64,000 bases of DNA, from NCBI GenBank assembly GCA_028702595.1, contig JAQVON010000007.1:9425-73424 (forward strand). Reading direction: 5' to 3'. Both the position numbers and the translations under genes were made by a program. Positions 18,221-27,681 of the stretch are shown here, one piece after another. Position 1 is the first letter of the stretch, and each line of letters begins with the position of its first letter. The DNA is from Mariniphaga sp. (GTDB lineage Bacteria > Bacteroidota > Bacteroidia > Bacteroidales > Prolixibacteraceae). Below the pieces are notes generated by a model. That model ran no database searches and was not told the origin of the DNA. It saw only the letters and a list, made by a program, of their open reading frames with translations.

Positions 18221-19663
18221 TTAGAATTTCACAAATTTTATTCTCTCAGAAGCATGATTGCTGAATAGTACTTCAACAAAATAAATTCCTTTTTCATAGT
18301 TGGAAAGTGGTATTTGCATCACGGGATTTGGGTGAAGAAATTCGTCTGTCAAGTGTCCACTGAGAGTATAAATTCGTAATCTTTCCCCCTGTTCTATTCC
18401 TGAAATATTCAGTTTTTGATCTGCCGGATTTGGGTATACCCGAATTGATTTTTTATGCAGGCCAGGAGTTACCGTATTGTTTGTACTTTCTACCCAATCT
18501 TTCAGTGCCCTGTACCGGTGTGCATCGGTTAATGACTGGTCGGTAGAAGCTTTTGCTCCCCAGGCTCCGCCACTGGACCAACGGGCAACATGGGTGTAAT
18601 GACAGGTGAGTTCAAAATAATCTTTAACTGTATTGAGCCATTCCAGGTACATATCGTAACTTTCGGGATTCTGGCTGAATAGATGGGCATTGGTGGTGTA
18701 ATGCTGTCCTCCTTCGTAGGCAATCAATTTCATTTCAAATGGGGAAATGGCATCAATCACTTTCGAGAAGTGATCGGTTGACTCGGCCAGTTTAGCTGTC
18801 CATTTTGACCGGATATCGGTTGCCGCACCATCGCCGGTATTGATATAGTTGGCAATGGAATAGTAATCGGGGTACAAACCATAAGGATTGAGGTTTTTGT
18901 GCGTTCCCTGGCTCCAGGTTTTGTTTTGCAGGGCTAACATTTGTTGCTGTGTTCCCCAGAAAGAGCCATTCTGGCCGGAAATGACCGTCTTCACCCGGTC
19001 GGCATCTTCACCAAATACATCCAGAAAAGCTTTTTGCAGCCGCGATGCAGCATACACATGAAAATAGAATTTGGCTGTGTATTTGTCCGGATCGAAACCC
19101 AGCTCCAGACCGCGGTCTCCACAATAATCCCCCTGTTGGAAGGATTCACCTCCGCTCCAGGTTTCATTGGAATATTCCACATAAACAATCAGCGAAGTAT
19201 CCAGTTCCGATTTTATGAGTTTAGCCAGGTTTGTCCAGTAATTATTAATGGAGTCTGCTTCCCACGACTCAATGCTTTTGTGGGGAACAGTAATCCAGAT
19301 ATCGGCACCAATGCGGTTGCAAAGATCAATTTGCCATTCATAAGCCACTGCTCCCCGGGGAGTATTGTAATGGTCATCGGTTTTGAGTGTACGTTCATCC
19401 CAGTTCGTAATAGTTGAAGAATTCGTTGGTACCTGATCCATAAACCGAATCACACTGTAAATCTCAATTTCATCGAGAAATTTTTGTCGCCACGGATTGG
19501 ATACCGTATTCCAGTCGATCCCGGAATTGAAATAATCGACTCGACCATTCCCCCAGGAGAAGTTCCAGAAGTTGGTGCCCAGTTTCATGCTGTTCTGCTG
19601 ACTTTCTGCATTTAAATATAAAGCCAGGAGCATGGTGATGAAAAGGAGTTGTTTTTTTATCAT
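18221..19663 (-). CDS. Secreted (beta/alpha)8 clan GH-A-like glycoside hydrolase with T9SS C-terminal sorting domain; family unassigned
   Basis: 480 aa with a signal peptide (LLFITMLLALYLNAESQ). The TIM-barrel-like region has a candidate acid/base in VYVEYSNETW. The C-terminal ~80 aa (IRVYPNPADQKLNI...GIYFVEVLF...IKFVKF) matches the Por/T9SS CTD pattern. Confidence 0.6.
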   Translation of the reverse strand: MIKKQLLFITMLLALYLNAESQQNSMKLGTNFWNFSWGNGRVDYFNSGIDWNTVSNPWRQKFLDEIEIYSVIRFMDQVPTNSSTITNWDERTLKTDDHYNTPRGAVAYEWQIDLCNRIGADIWITVPHKSIESWEADSINNYWTNLAKLIKSELDTSLIVYVEYSNETWSGGESFQQGDYCGDRGLELGFDPDKYTAKFYFHVYAASRLQKAFLDVFGEDADRVKTVISGQNGSFWGTQQQMLALQNKTWSQGTHKNLNPYGLYPDYYSIANYINTGDGAATDIRSKWTAKLAESTDHFSKVIDAISPFEMKLIAYEGGQHYTTNAHLFSQNPESYDMYLEWLNTVKDYFELTCHYTHVARWSSGGAWGAKASTDQSLTDAHRYRALKDWVESTNNTVTPGLHKKSIRVYPNPADQKLNISGIEQGERLRIYTLSGHLTDEFLHPNPVMQIPLSNYEKGIYFVEVLFSNHASERIKFVKF

Positions 19664-19746
19664 CTTATTAAAATTGTTTATTTTACATCAATTGTCGTTC
19701 GTTGGAAAATGACAGCAAAAGTAAGCAATTAAGTAAAAAATTCTAA

Positions 19747-19905
19747 GAGACTGTTTTAAATTTATCCATTTATTCTATTTCGCGTCTTTTTCACTCATGC
19801 TGCTGTAAATTTCCTTTAATAGCTATGGCTATTCGCGTCAATTTTGCCTTGTCTGAGCAAAAAACAGATCAAAATATTTCTAAAAAACAAAATCAAAACA
19901 GTCTC
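19747..19905 (+). mobile_element. MITE-like non-autonomous element, copy 2 (159 bp)
   Basis: It has the same termini as copy 1. The flanks are TAA (19744-19746) and TGA (19906-19908), one mismatch. This is the most diverged copy, differing by a few substitutions. Confidence 0.8.
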
Positions 19906-20186
19906 TGATATTCAAGAAATTTTTCATAGGCAGGCAGCCCTCAACAATGCTTATTTCTGGTTTCATTCCTTTTACTAAGATTTTACTTGTCTACATCAAC
20001 AAATTTATTTTATTTTGAACAATTATGCTTAATCAATTTGTCCGGAAAAAGAAACCGATGGTCCAAAAATAGGGGATTAACAAATTTTTCTGTGATTAAA
20101 TTTATCGTGTTAACGATTTAGCTCAATTAAATGATTTGAAAGTGTTGTATCGAACACTTACCGGATGGATATGAAACGATAAAATT

Positions 20187-21617
20187 ATGAAGTATTTACA
20201 ACTGTTTTTTATTGTACTGATTGGTATACTTCCGGGCTGTAATCAGCCAGAACAGACTGACTCCGACCTGGATTCTTCAATAGGTAAACTGAAGGTGTCG
20301 GACAACCGGAGGTTTTTGGTTTTCGAAGACGGAACTCCGTTTTTTTACCTTGGCGATACTGCCTGGGAGCTGTTTCACCGGTTGAACAAGGAGGAGACCG
20401 GGAAATACTTTGAGAATCGTCGCGAAAGGGGCTTTACCGTGATTCAGGCGGTTGCTCTGGCTGAGCTCGATGGGTTGAACACCCCCAATGCCGAGGGTGA
20501 AACACCTTTGATTGACAACAATCCTGAACACCCCAATGAAAAGTATTTTGCTCATGTTGACTGGGTAATCCGGAAAGCAGAGGAGAAAGGTTTATATATT
20601 GGATTACTCCCCACCTGGGGCGACAAATGGAATGTAAAATGGGGTGAGGGTCCACTGGTTTTCACTCCGGAGAATGCTGGAGTATTCGGCAGGTTTCTGG
20701 GGGAGAGATACAAAGATTTCAAAAACATCATTTGGATCATTGGTGGCGACCGGCCTTTAGAGGAAGATGTTCACCGGGAGATACTGGTTGCCATGGCCAA
20801 CGGACTGCGTAGTGGCGACGGTGGTGCTCATCTGATCACCTTTCATCCCCAGGGTGGACAGGGATCGGCTCAGTATTTTCACGATGAAGAGTGGCTCGAT
20901 TTTAACATGCGTCAGAACGGACATAACCAGCGCTTTACCGGAGTTTATGAAAACATATCGAAAGATTATGGTCGTACTCCTGTTAAACCGGTGATGGATG
21001 GGGAGCCCATTTATGAAGATCATCCCATAGAGTTCAGACCCGACAACTTTGGCCATTCCATATCGGCCGACGTACGCCGGCCGCTCTACTGGAATCTGTT
21101 CAGCGGAGCCTTCGGACACACCTATGGCCATCATTCGGTTTGGCAGATGTGGCAGCCGGGGCGCAATCCGGTTAACCGACCGCTTATGCCCTGGTACGAT
21201 GCCATTAACCAGCCTGGAGCCGCACAAATGCAATACGGGCGATGGCTTCTGGAATCCAGGCCGTTTCTGTCGCGCATCCCTGATAATTCTATGATCGTAA
21301 ACCATGAATATCCTTCATCTTTACCTGGTGCCGGTGTATATACCTTTGTTGCCACACGCGATCAGGAGGGGACATACGCCATGATCTATGCTCCTGTGGG
21401 TAGATCCTTCCAGGTAAAAATGGACGTGATTAAGGGAGACGATGTCATAGCCTGGTGGTATAACCCACGTAACGGGGAAGCAACAAAAATTGGTTTGTTC
21501 CCGAACACCGGAAGCAAAGAGTTTTGCCCTCCGGAAAAAGGTGAGGTGCTCGACTGGGTGCTTGTCCTCGACGATGCATCAAAGAAATATCCCGAACCAG
21601 GAAGTAGAAGGAAATAA
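20187..21617 (+). CDS. GH140-like glycoside hydrolase (DUF4038 catalytic domain plus C-terminal beta-sandwich), lipoprotein
   Basis: 476 aa with signal ...[37 protein letters not shown] and [13 protein letters not shown] match the DUF4038/GH140 N-terminal signature as I recall it. Confidence 0.7.
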   Translation: MKYLQLFFIVLIGILPGCNQPEQTDSDLDSSIGKLKVSDNRRFLVFEDGTPFFYLGDTAWELFHRLNKEETGKYFENRRERGFTVIQAVALAELDGLNTPNAEGETPLIDNNPEHPNEKYFAHVDWVIRKAEEKGLYIGLLPTWGDKWNVKWGEGPLVFTPENAGVFGRFLGERYKDFKNIIWIIGGDRPLEEDVHREILVAMANGLRSGDGGAHLITFHPQGGQGSAQYFHDEEWLDFNMRQNGHNQRFTGVYENISKDYGRTPVKPVMDGEPIYEDHPIEFRPDNFGHSISADVRRPLYWNLFSGAFGHTYGHHSVWQMWQPGRNPVNRPLMPWYDAINQPGAAQMQYGRWLLESRPFLSRIPDNSMIVNHEYPSSLPGAGVYTFVATRDQEGTYAMIYAPVGRSFQVKMDVIKGDDVIAWWYNPRNGEATKIGLFPNTGSKEFCPPEKGEVLDWVLVLDDASKKYPEPGSRRK

Positions 21618-21618
21618 A

Positions 21619-21644
21619 CCCAGGTGTCAGCTGATACACCTGGG
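21619..21644. terminator. Hairpin between convergent genes (candidate bidirectional terminator)
   Basis: CCCAGGTGT (21619-21627) pairs perfectly with ACACCTGGG (21636-21644) around an 8-nt loop. The hairpin starts 2 nt after the GH140-like stop, between convergent genes. No U-tract follows. Confidence 0.5.
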
Positions 21645-21705
21645 CAGCATATAAGCCGGCAAAATGAAGCAAAGTCATTTTGCTGAAGGAGTTTGATCAG
21701 GTTAT

Positions 21706-23808
21706 CTACTCAATCACAAACTCACGGATGCTTTTTACCGGTTCTCCATTATATTCGATTTCAGCTTCCATACTATATTCCCCTTTTTCCTGTGGCATTT
21801 TCAGCATAAATGTTTCAACCGAACGGTCCCAGGCTGGAAGAGTAACATTTTTTATCAGAGTTTTCACCTCCTCATTGTTATGGTAGAGGGAGAGTTTCAG
21901 CTGTCCGTTCCATATATTCTCCAGGTCATTGATCACATAAACTTCAATTCCTGTATGTACATTCGGCTGAAAGGTTTTATGCCAGAAATCAATCATGATC
22001 CCTACCGGGTTAAAGGCTGGTTTGACATATTTTACGAAGAGGGGATCGTAGGTCAGATTTTTGATGTCGATGAAATTGTCGCTCGTCTGGCCTCTGGGTT
22101 CTTCGGGACGTGAATAGCCAAGACCGCAGAAGTGGAGCACTCCTGCGCACATTCGGTTTGCCCTCCAGTATTCTGTAAGCATTCCCAGGTGACGTGTATA
22201 AGCATACCGGCGTTGATCAACCGTGAGGTTCTCCCCGAACGCGACTTCATAAACATGATCGGTAAGGGTAGTGGGGGAGCCGTCACGATTCAGCCAGAGC
22301 CAGGCATATTCGTTGATGATGATAGGATTCGGATAGCGATCATTGTCCCGGGGTGGATCCCAGCCATGTGGGTCATTCAGCGGAACCTGAATATGGTCAG
22401 TGAAAAAATCAGCCATAGGGCCTTTGGATGATGGCTCTCCTCCTCTCCTGTACCGGCCGAACAGGTAGGGATGGGATTCAATCGGGTCGCTGTCGGATTG
22501 TGGAGCAGACCACCCGTTTTCCCATGGCCGGTTGGAGAGATCCAGATCTCTTACCTGGTTGATAGCTTCCCCGATGGTCTTTGAAACGGATTCATTCTGG
22601 GCATCCCAGATGACTACGCACGGATGGTTCCAGTGTTCCCGCATCCAGGTACGGTATTCATTCGCCAACCGCTCTGTTGTCACTCCCGGATAGATCTGAT
22701 CAAAACCTTCGTGACCGCCGGTCCATACCGGGTATTCATTCTGGATCAGAAAACCCAGACTGTCGGCAATATCGTACCAGATGTCAGGTGGCAGACCAAT
22801 ACAATAGCGGATGGAGTTCCAGTTCATCTCCTTGAACCTCTTGTGCACCTGCGTTACCCAGTCCTTGTTCCAGGGAAGCAGACTACGGTCAGGGTCTTCA
22901 AAGAAACGGCCTATTGTCACGTTTGTACCCCTCATAAAATAGGGCTTGCCATTCAGCATCGCCCTGCCCGTTTCCACATCGAATGAAAACGACCGCATGC
23001 CAAAACGAACAACCTGGTGGTCTGATCCGGTGGAAAGGGTCAGCTCATATAGAAACGGATTTTCCGGGCTCCAAAGCTGACAGTTGGGAATTTGAACAGA
23101 AAAGTCATTGGTTGTTGACTCCCCGGAAGCTATTTTTTTTCCCGTACCTAATTCACAAATCTCATAAGACAAACGAATCGCTTCTGTCTGTTCTCCCAGG
23201 TCAAGGTCGGCCACAATCCTGACTTTCTCTTCCTGGATCATGGGAACAGTCTGGATATTCTGTATATATGGGTAACCTGACAAAATGATGTCAACATGAT
23301 CATAAATGCCGGGTATGTATGTGAGCTTTTCAAAATCATGCCCCCAAACAATGGTGTCAGGCAATTCTTTAACTGTACCCACACCAATTATAATCTCATT
23401 TTCTTCTCCAGGAGCATTCAGGAAATTTTTGATATCAAAACAGGCAGCAGTAAAATTATAGTATTGGTCACCAACCAATTTGTCATTGATAATGACTTTT
23501 GAATGGTATTTGGATTTACCCACTTTTAGCCGGACAACCTCCGGATAATTCTGATCGACCGTGAACCGGGTTTTATACCAGTACACTCCCTGTTCATAAT
23601 CGCGGGTAGTATCCAGAGCGGGGTTCGCCAGATCGACCAGGCCAGGTACAGGTACCTGGCTGGTAAATGCAGAAGGAACATCAGTATAGGAATTGGTTTT
23701 GGTTATCTCCCATTCGCCATCCAGGCGGATCAGGTTCCTGAAGGTTTCATGTTGCTGGCAGCTGAAAAAAGCCAGTAATACCGGAAATATTAAAAGTTTT
23801 ATCTTCAT
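21706..23808 (-). CDS. Glycoside hydrolase family 2 (beta-mannosidase/beta-galactosidase-like), lipoprotein
   Basis: The ORF track gives 21706..23844. The internal ATG 23808 gives lipoprotein signal MKIKLLIFPVLLAFFSC. It has a GH2 sugar-binding domain, an Ig-like domain and a TIM barrel with WDAQNES and IINEYAWLW. Confidence 0.8.
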   Translation of the reverse strand: MKIKLLIFPVLLAFFSCQQHETFRNLIRLDGEWEITKTNSYTDVPSAFTSQVPVPGLVDLANPALDTTRDYEQGVYWYKTRFTVDQNYPEVVRLKVGKSKYHSKVIINDKLVGDQYYNFTAACFDIKNFLNAPGEENEIIIGVGTVKELPDTIVWGHDFEKLTYIPGIYDHVDIILSGYPYIQNIQTVPMIQEEKVRIVADLDLGEQTEAIRLSYEICELGTGKKIASGESTTNDFSVQIPNCQLWSPENPFLYELTLSTGSDHQVVRFGMRSFSFDVETGRAMLNGKPYFMRGTNVTIGRFFEDPDRSLLPWNKDWVTQVHKRFKEMNWNSIRYCIGLPPDIWYDIADSLGFLIQNEYPVWTGGHEGFDQIYPGVTTERLANEYRTWMREHWNHPCVVIWDAQNESVSKTIGEAINQVRDLDLSNRPWENGWSAPQSDSDPIESHPYLFGRYRRGGEPSSKGPMADFFTDHIQVPLNDPHGWDPPRDNDRYPNPIIINEYAWLWLNRDGSPTTLTDHVYEVAFGENLTVDQRRYAYTRHLGMLTEYWRANRMCAGVLHFCGLGYSRPEEPRGQTSDNFIDIKNLTYDPLFVKYVKPAFNPVGIMIDFWHKTFQPNVHTGIEVYVINDLENIWNGQLKLSLYHNNEEVKTLIKNVTLPAWDRSVETFMLKMPQEKGEYSMEAEIEYNGEPVKSIREFVIE

Positions 23809-23860
23809 AGGTTTATTATTTGAGTATTTTATAAAGGTATTCAAGATTAATTTGAATTCT

Positions 23861-23885
23861 TAAAAAACAAAATCAAAACAGTCTC
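23861..23885 (+). repeat. Solo right-end remnant of the MITE (25 nt exact)
   Basis: TAAAAAACAAAATCAAAACAGTCTC is identical to the last 25 nt of the full copies. No left end is present nearby. Its last 2 nt are part of the galU stop codon. Confidence 0.7.
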
Positions 23886-24753
23886 ATAGTTTGCTGGCAT
23901 ATTCCTTCAGCCATTCCCGCAGGGATTGTCCAATTTCAGCATGCTCCAGTCCATAGATAATATTTGTTTTGATGAAGTCGAGTTTATTTCCTATGTCGTA
24001 ACGTGTTCCACTAAATTTCAAACCATACATGGCGTACTTTTTAACCATTTCCCGCATGGCATCGGTCAATTGAATTTCATCATTTTTCCCGGGCATTGTT
24101 TTATCAAGGTAGTTAAAAATTTCGGGAGTGAAAATATAGCGGCTTGCGATGGCCAGGTTGGAAGGGGCTTCCTGAGCCGATGGTTTTTCAATGAAGTCTT
24201 CGGCAATCAGGACATTTTTCTCCAGAATTTTTCCCTTGATAACGCCATATTTATGTACATTTTTCATGGGTACTTTTTCGAGGGCAACCACAGAACTTTT
24301 ATAGCGCTCATAAACCTGGATGAGCTGTTTGGTGATGGGATCTCCTTTCCCACTGATGAGTGTATCACCCAATAGTACTGCAAAAGGTTCATTTCCAACA
24401 TGATCTTTAGCATAGCGGATGGCATCTCCCAATCCGTTCATCTCTTTCTGCCAAACGAAATGAATATTGGCAAGGTTTGATATCTTTTTGATTTGGTCGA
24501 GCAGTTCGAATTGTTTCTTGGCAATGAGTGACTCCTCGAGTTGGGGACTGCGGTCGAAGTGTTCTTCAATAGCTCTTTTTCCTTTTCCAATAATCATCAG
24601 GATATCTGTGATGCCACTTGCAACAGCTTCTTCTACAACATATTGTATTACCGGAGTATCCACGATTGGAATCATCTCTTTGGGTTGCGACTTGGTGATG
24701 GGTAAAAATCGTGTTCCCCATCCGGCAGCAGGTATAACAGCTTTTTTTATCAT
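23884..24753 (-). CDS. galU: UTP-glucose-1-phosphate uridylyltransferase (GalU-type sugar-1-phosphate nucleotidyltransferase)
   Basis: 289 aa. AVIPAAGWGTRFLPITKSQPKEMIPIVD is the canonical GalU N-terminal motif. Confidence 0.9.
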   Translation of the reverse strand: MIKKAVIPAAGWGTRFLPITKSQPKEMIPIVDTPVIQYVVEEAVASGITDILMIIGKGKRAIEEHFDRSPQLEESLIAKKQFELLDQIKKISNLANIHFVWQKEMNGLGDAIRYAKDHVGNEPFAVLLGDTLISGKGDPITKQLIQVYERYKSSVVALEKVPMKNVHKYGVIKGKILEKNVLIAEDFIEKPSAQEAPSNLAIASRYIFTPEIFNYLDKTMPGKNDEIQLTDAMREMVKKYAMYGLKFSGTRYDIGNKLDFIKTNIIYGLEHAEIGQSLREWLKEYASKL

Positions 24754-24763
24754 TTAAATCAGT

Positions 24764-25759
24764 TTACACAATGTTGGGTTTGATAACTACTATATTTTTT
24801 CCAGCTAGTGTTTTTTCCAGCTTTTGAAACATCTCTTCATTCTGGTAGGTTCCGATAATTGCACCGCCCGATCCGGTAAATTTGGCTGATGCTCCTACTG
24901 AACGGGCCGCTTCAACCATTTCAATATTTCCAGCGGCAACAGGGATAAGGCTGCGTCGTAAGTCGAAGTTGGCATTGATCAGTTCGTGCATAGCCGTATA
25001 ATCGTGATTTTTGAGCGCCTGACAGAAACTTTCAGTATATCCTGCCCAGGTTTCCATTGCTTTCAACACTTTTTCTTCACCTATATTGAAGCGTGCACGA
25101 AGGTTATTGTGTAAAACCTCAGTTCCTTCCGACAAGTTTTTACGCAGTGCGATATACATATTGGGGAAGAGCGAAGCATCTAAAATTTCGTAGTTGCCAT
25201 ACCCCTGCTTTCCCATGATCTCCCGGTTGAAGTCCATGTAAACCGGTTTCTCAAAAGCCTGGGCAACCCGGTCCTGTAATCCTGCCGGAATTCCAAGTTC
25301 TTTATCCTCCACACTCAGTACCAGGTTGGCCAGAACAGCACGGGGTATTTCTATCTGATAAAAGGATATCAGGGCTTTCATGCACGCTGTGATGATAGCA
25401 CTTGATCCTGCTAATCCCAACCTTAAAGGAATGTTCGAGTTGTACCTGATGGTGAAATTTCTGTCATCGAGCTGAATGCCACTGGTCATGCAGTAATCAA
25501 AAAAAACTTTTATAGTAGCTTTCAGTAACCTGATACCACCGTAATACCCTGAGAAATTTACATTTTCAACCAGTTCCCTGATGCTGTTAAACCGGGTTTT
25601 GTCCAGTCGTTGGGGCTGAATATCTAACTCGGGAGTTTGGTAAAGTTGCACTTTCGCCTGAAAATTAGAAAAAAGAAAGGCAATGGTTTTACCAAAATAT
25701 CCATCTGATGGATTCCCGATTACAGCTGCCCGCGGGTAACAGAATGTTTCAATAATCAT
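24764..25759 (-). CDS. GHMP-family sugar kinase, glucuronokinase-like
   Basis: 331 aa with the GHMP motif PLRLGLAGSSAIITA. AAVIGNPSDGYFGKTI, GYYGGIRLL and GLQDRVAQAF resemble plant-type glucuronokinase as I recall it. It is distinct from the bona fide galK at 30081. Confidence 0.65.
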   Translation of the reverse strand: MIIETFCYPRAAVIGNPSDGYFGKTIAFLFSNFQAKVQLYQTPELDIQPQRLDKTRFNSIRELVENVNFSGYYGGIRLLKATIKVFFDYCMTSGIQLDDRNFTIRYNSNIPLRLGLAGSSAIITACMKALISFYQIEIPRAVLANLVLSVEDKELGIPAGLQDRVAQAFEKPVYMDFNREIMGKQGYGNYEILDASLFPNMYIALRKNLSEGTEVLHNNLRARFNIGEEKVLKAMETWAGYTESFCQALKNHDYTAMHELINANFDLRRSLIPVAAGNIEMVEAARSVGASAKFTGSGGAIIGTYQNEEMFQKLEKTLAGKNIVVIKPNIV

Positions 25760-25774
25760 ATCTGTTTTTTTCTT

Positions 25775-27679
25775 TTATGTGTTCCATTTTTTTATAACCG
25801 ACAAATTTACCTCATTTTCAATATTTCGTGCTAATGGAGTATAGAGGAATTCGAGTTGTTCATTAAAATATTCACAAATTTTTCCACGAACCATTTTCAT
25901 GGTGGTATTCACCAGCCCGTTTTCCTGATTAAATGTTTCCGGCAGAACAACAAATGTAGCTGGCAGCCAGCGTTCAGGAAACATGTTTTCATTTTCTCCT
26001 CCTTTTTTAAACTGGTTTATTTCCCGGGAAAGTAGTTGTAATGATTCGCTGTTCCCTTCATCGCTGCCGGGTTTCATCCCCCTCTTTTTTAATTCCCGGT
26101 TGATAGCTTCAATATTTGGAACCACCATAGCTGATGTATAAGGATTTTGATTGTTGTACAGCATCATTTGCTGAATAAAAGTTGATTTTTCCACGATGGC
26201 TTCTTCGATGCCTTCAGGGCTGTATTTTTCTCCATCATTACCAATAAGCAGGCTTTTAAAACGTCCCAGTACAAACAGGAATTCGTCTTTGTCCATATAT
26301 CCCATATCTCCCGTGTGAAGCCATCCGTTTTTAATGGTGTCGGCAGTGGCTGCAGGATTATTCCAATACCCCATCATGACGTTATCGCCTTTGATCACAA
26401 TTTCACCTTTCTGACCGGTAGGCAATTCATTCCCCTCTTCGTCCATAATTTTTAGTTCGAGGTATTTCACCAAACGCCCCGATGAGCCAAGCTTGAGGGC
26501 ATGCAAGGCATTTGAAGAGATAACAGGTGATGCTTCGGTGAGTCCGTAACCCTGACATACCGGCATGCCAATGGCATAGAAGAACCGCTGCAGTTCAATG
26601 TCAAGTAAAGCACCACCTCCGACGAAAAATTTTAACTCCCCGCCAAATCCCTGCCTTATTTTTTTGTACAGGATGATGTCGAATAACCAGATCAATGGTT
26701 TTAAAATAATTTTCCAACCCCTTCCACGATTATATCCCAGTCCATTATATAAATAGGAAACCTTCAGGGAGAATTGGAACAGATTAGAAAGAAATTTTCC
26801 CTTTTTTTGAATCTGTCCTTCAATATTTTGTCTGAATTTTTTTGAAAAAGCCGGAACACTCATCATCAGTGTAGGCTGTATTTCTTTAATATTTACAGGT
26901 ATATTTTTTAACGTTTCCAGGGAAGATCTTCCCACCTCAACTGATGCAATACTTGCACCTTTGAACATAAAGGCATACAAGCAGCAGGTATGAGCAAAGG
27001 CATGATCCCAGGGGAGAATGGCCAGTGTCCTCCATTCAGGATGCAGTTCCATGAGGGTGTTTGACTGTATTACATTGGCGGCGTAATTCAGGTGTGAAAG
27101 CATGATGCCTTTGGGATCGGCAGTGGTTCCTGAAGTATAACTGATATTCGCCAGATCATTGGGTTGTATACTTTGCCAGATTTTATCCACCTCATCTCCA
27201 TGATCTTTCAGGTAATTTTCACCGATGTGAAACAGATCCTTCAGGCTGATGTCATCCTTGCCCGGATTATTTTTCCCGTTGAGGTAGATTATTTTTTCAA
27301 GTTCAGGCAGTGCGTCGCGAATGGCTTCCGCTTTTGCCGCATGAGGAGCAGAAACAAATATATATCTGCTCCCACTGTGTTGTAACCGGAACATCAACTC
27401 ATTTTCATGAAGTCTGATCGAAAGGGGAACATTGACTCCTCCGGCATATAATACGCCTAATTCGCTTATTATCCAGTTGTTACATCCATCTGCCATCAGG
27501 CCGGAACGATCTCCCTTCTTCATGCCAATGGCTACCAACCCTGCTGCCAGTCTGATGACCAGCTCCCGGGTTTCTTTATACGTGGTGCCTTCATATTTCC
27601 CTTCCCTTTTTTCCCAGAGGTATACATTGTTCGGGTAGTTGGAAACTGTCGTTTCAAAAAGCTCTATAATGGTTTTCAT
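25775..27679 (-). CDS. AMP-dependent synthetase/ligase (long-chain acyl-CoA synthetase-like)
   Basis: 634 aa with the AMP-binding motif YTSGTTADPKG, plus GYGLTE and TGDMGYMDKDEFLFVLGRFKSL. Confidence 0.85.
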   Translation of the reverse strand: MKTIIELFETTVSNYPNNVYLWEKREGKYEGTTYKETRELVIRLAAGLVAIGMKKGDRSGLMADGCNNWIISELGVLYAGGVNVPLSIRLHENELMFRLQHSGSRYIFVSAPHAAKAEAIRDALPELEKIIYLNGKNNPGKDDISLKDLFHIGENYLKDHGDEVDKIWQSIQPNDLANISYTSGTTADPKGIMLSHLNYAANVIQSNTLMELHPEWRTLAILPWDHAFAHTCCLYAFMFKGASIASVEVGRSSLETLKNIPVNIKEIQPTLMMSVPAFSKKFRQNIEGQIQKKGKFLSNLFQFSLKVSYLYNGLGYNRGRGWKIILKPLIWLFDIILYKKIRQGFGGELKFFVGGGALLDIELQRFFYAIGMPVCQGYGLTEASPVISSNALHALKLGSSGRLVKYLELKIMDEEGNELPTGQKGEIVIKGDNVMMGYWNNPAATADTIKNGWLHTGDMGYMDKDEFLFVLGRFKSLLIGNDGEKYSPEGIEEAIVEKSTFIQQMMLYNNQNPYTSAMVVPNIEAINRELKKRGMKPGSDEGNSESLQLLSREINQFKKGGENENMFPERWLPATFVVLPETFNQENGLVNTTMKMVRGKICEYFNEQLEFLYTPLARNIENEVNLSVIKKWNT

Positions 27680-27681
27680 AA

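Noticed and set aside
18061-19905. The two MITEs plus the enclosed hydrolase gene might form a composite transposon that moved as a unit.
   Set aside because: The outer flanks (TTA vs TGA) do not form a duplication, whereas copy 1 has its own intact TTA/TTA duplication. This indicates independent insertions. I kept only the recombination-substrate observation.
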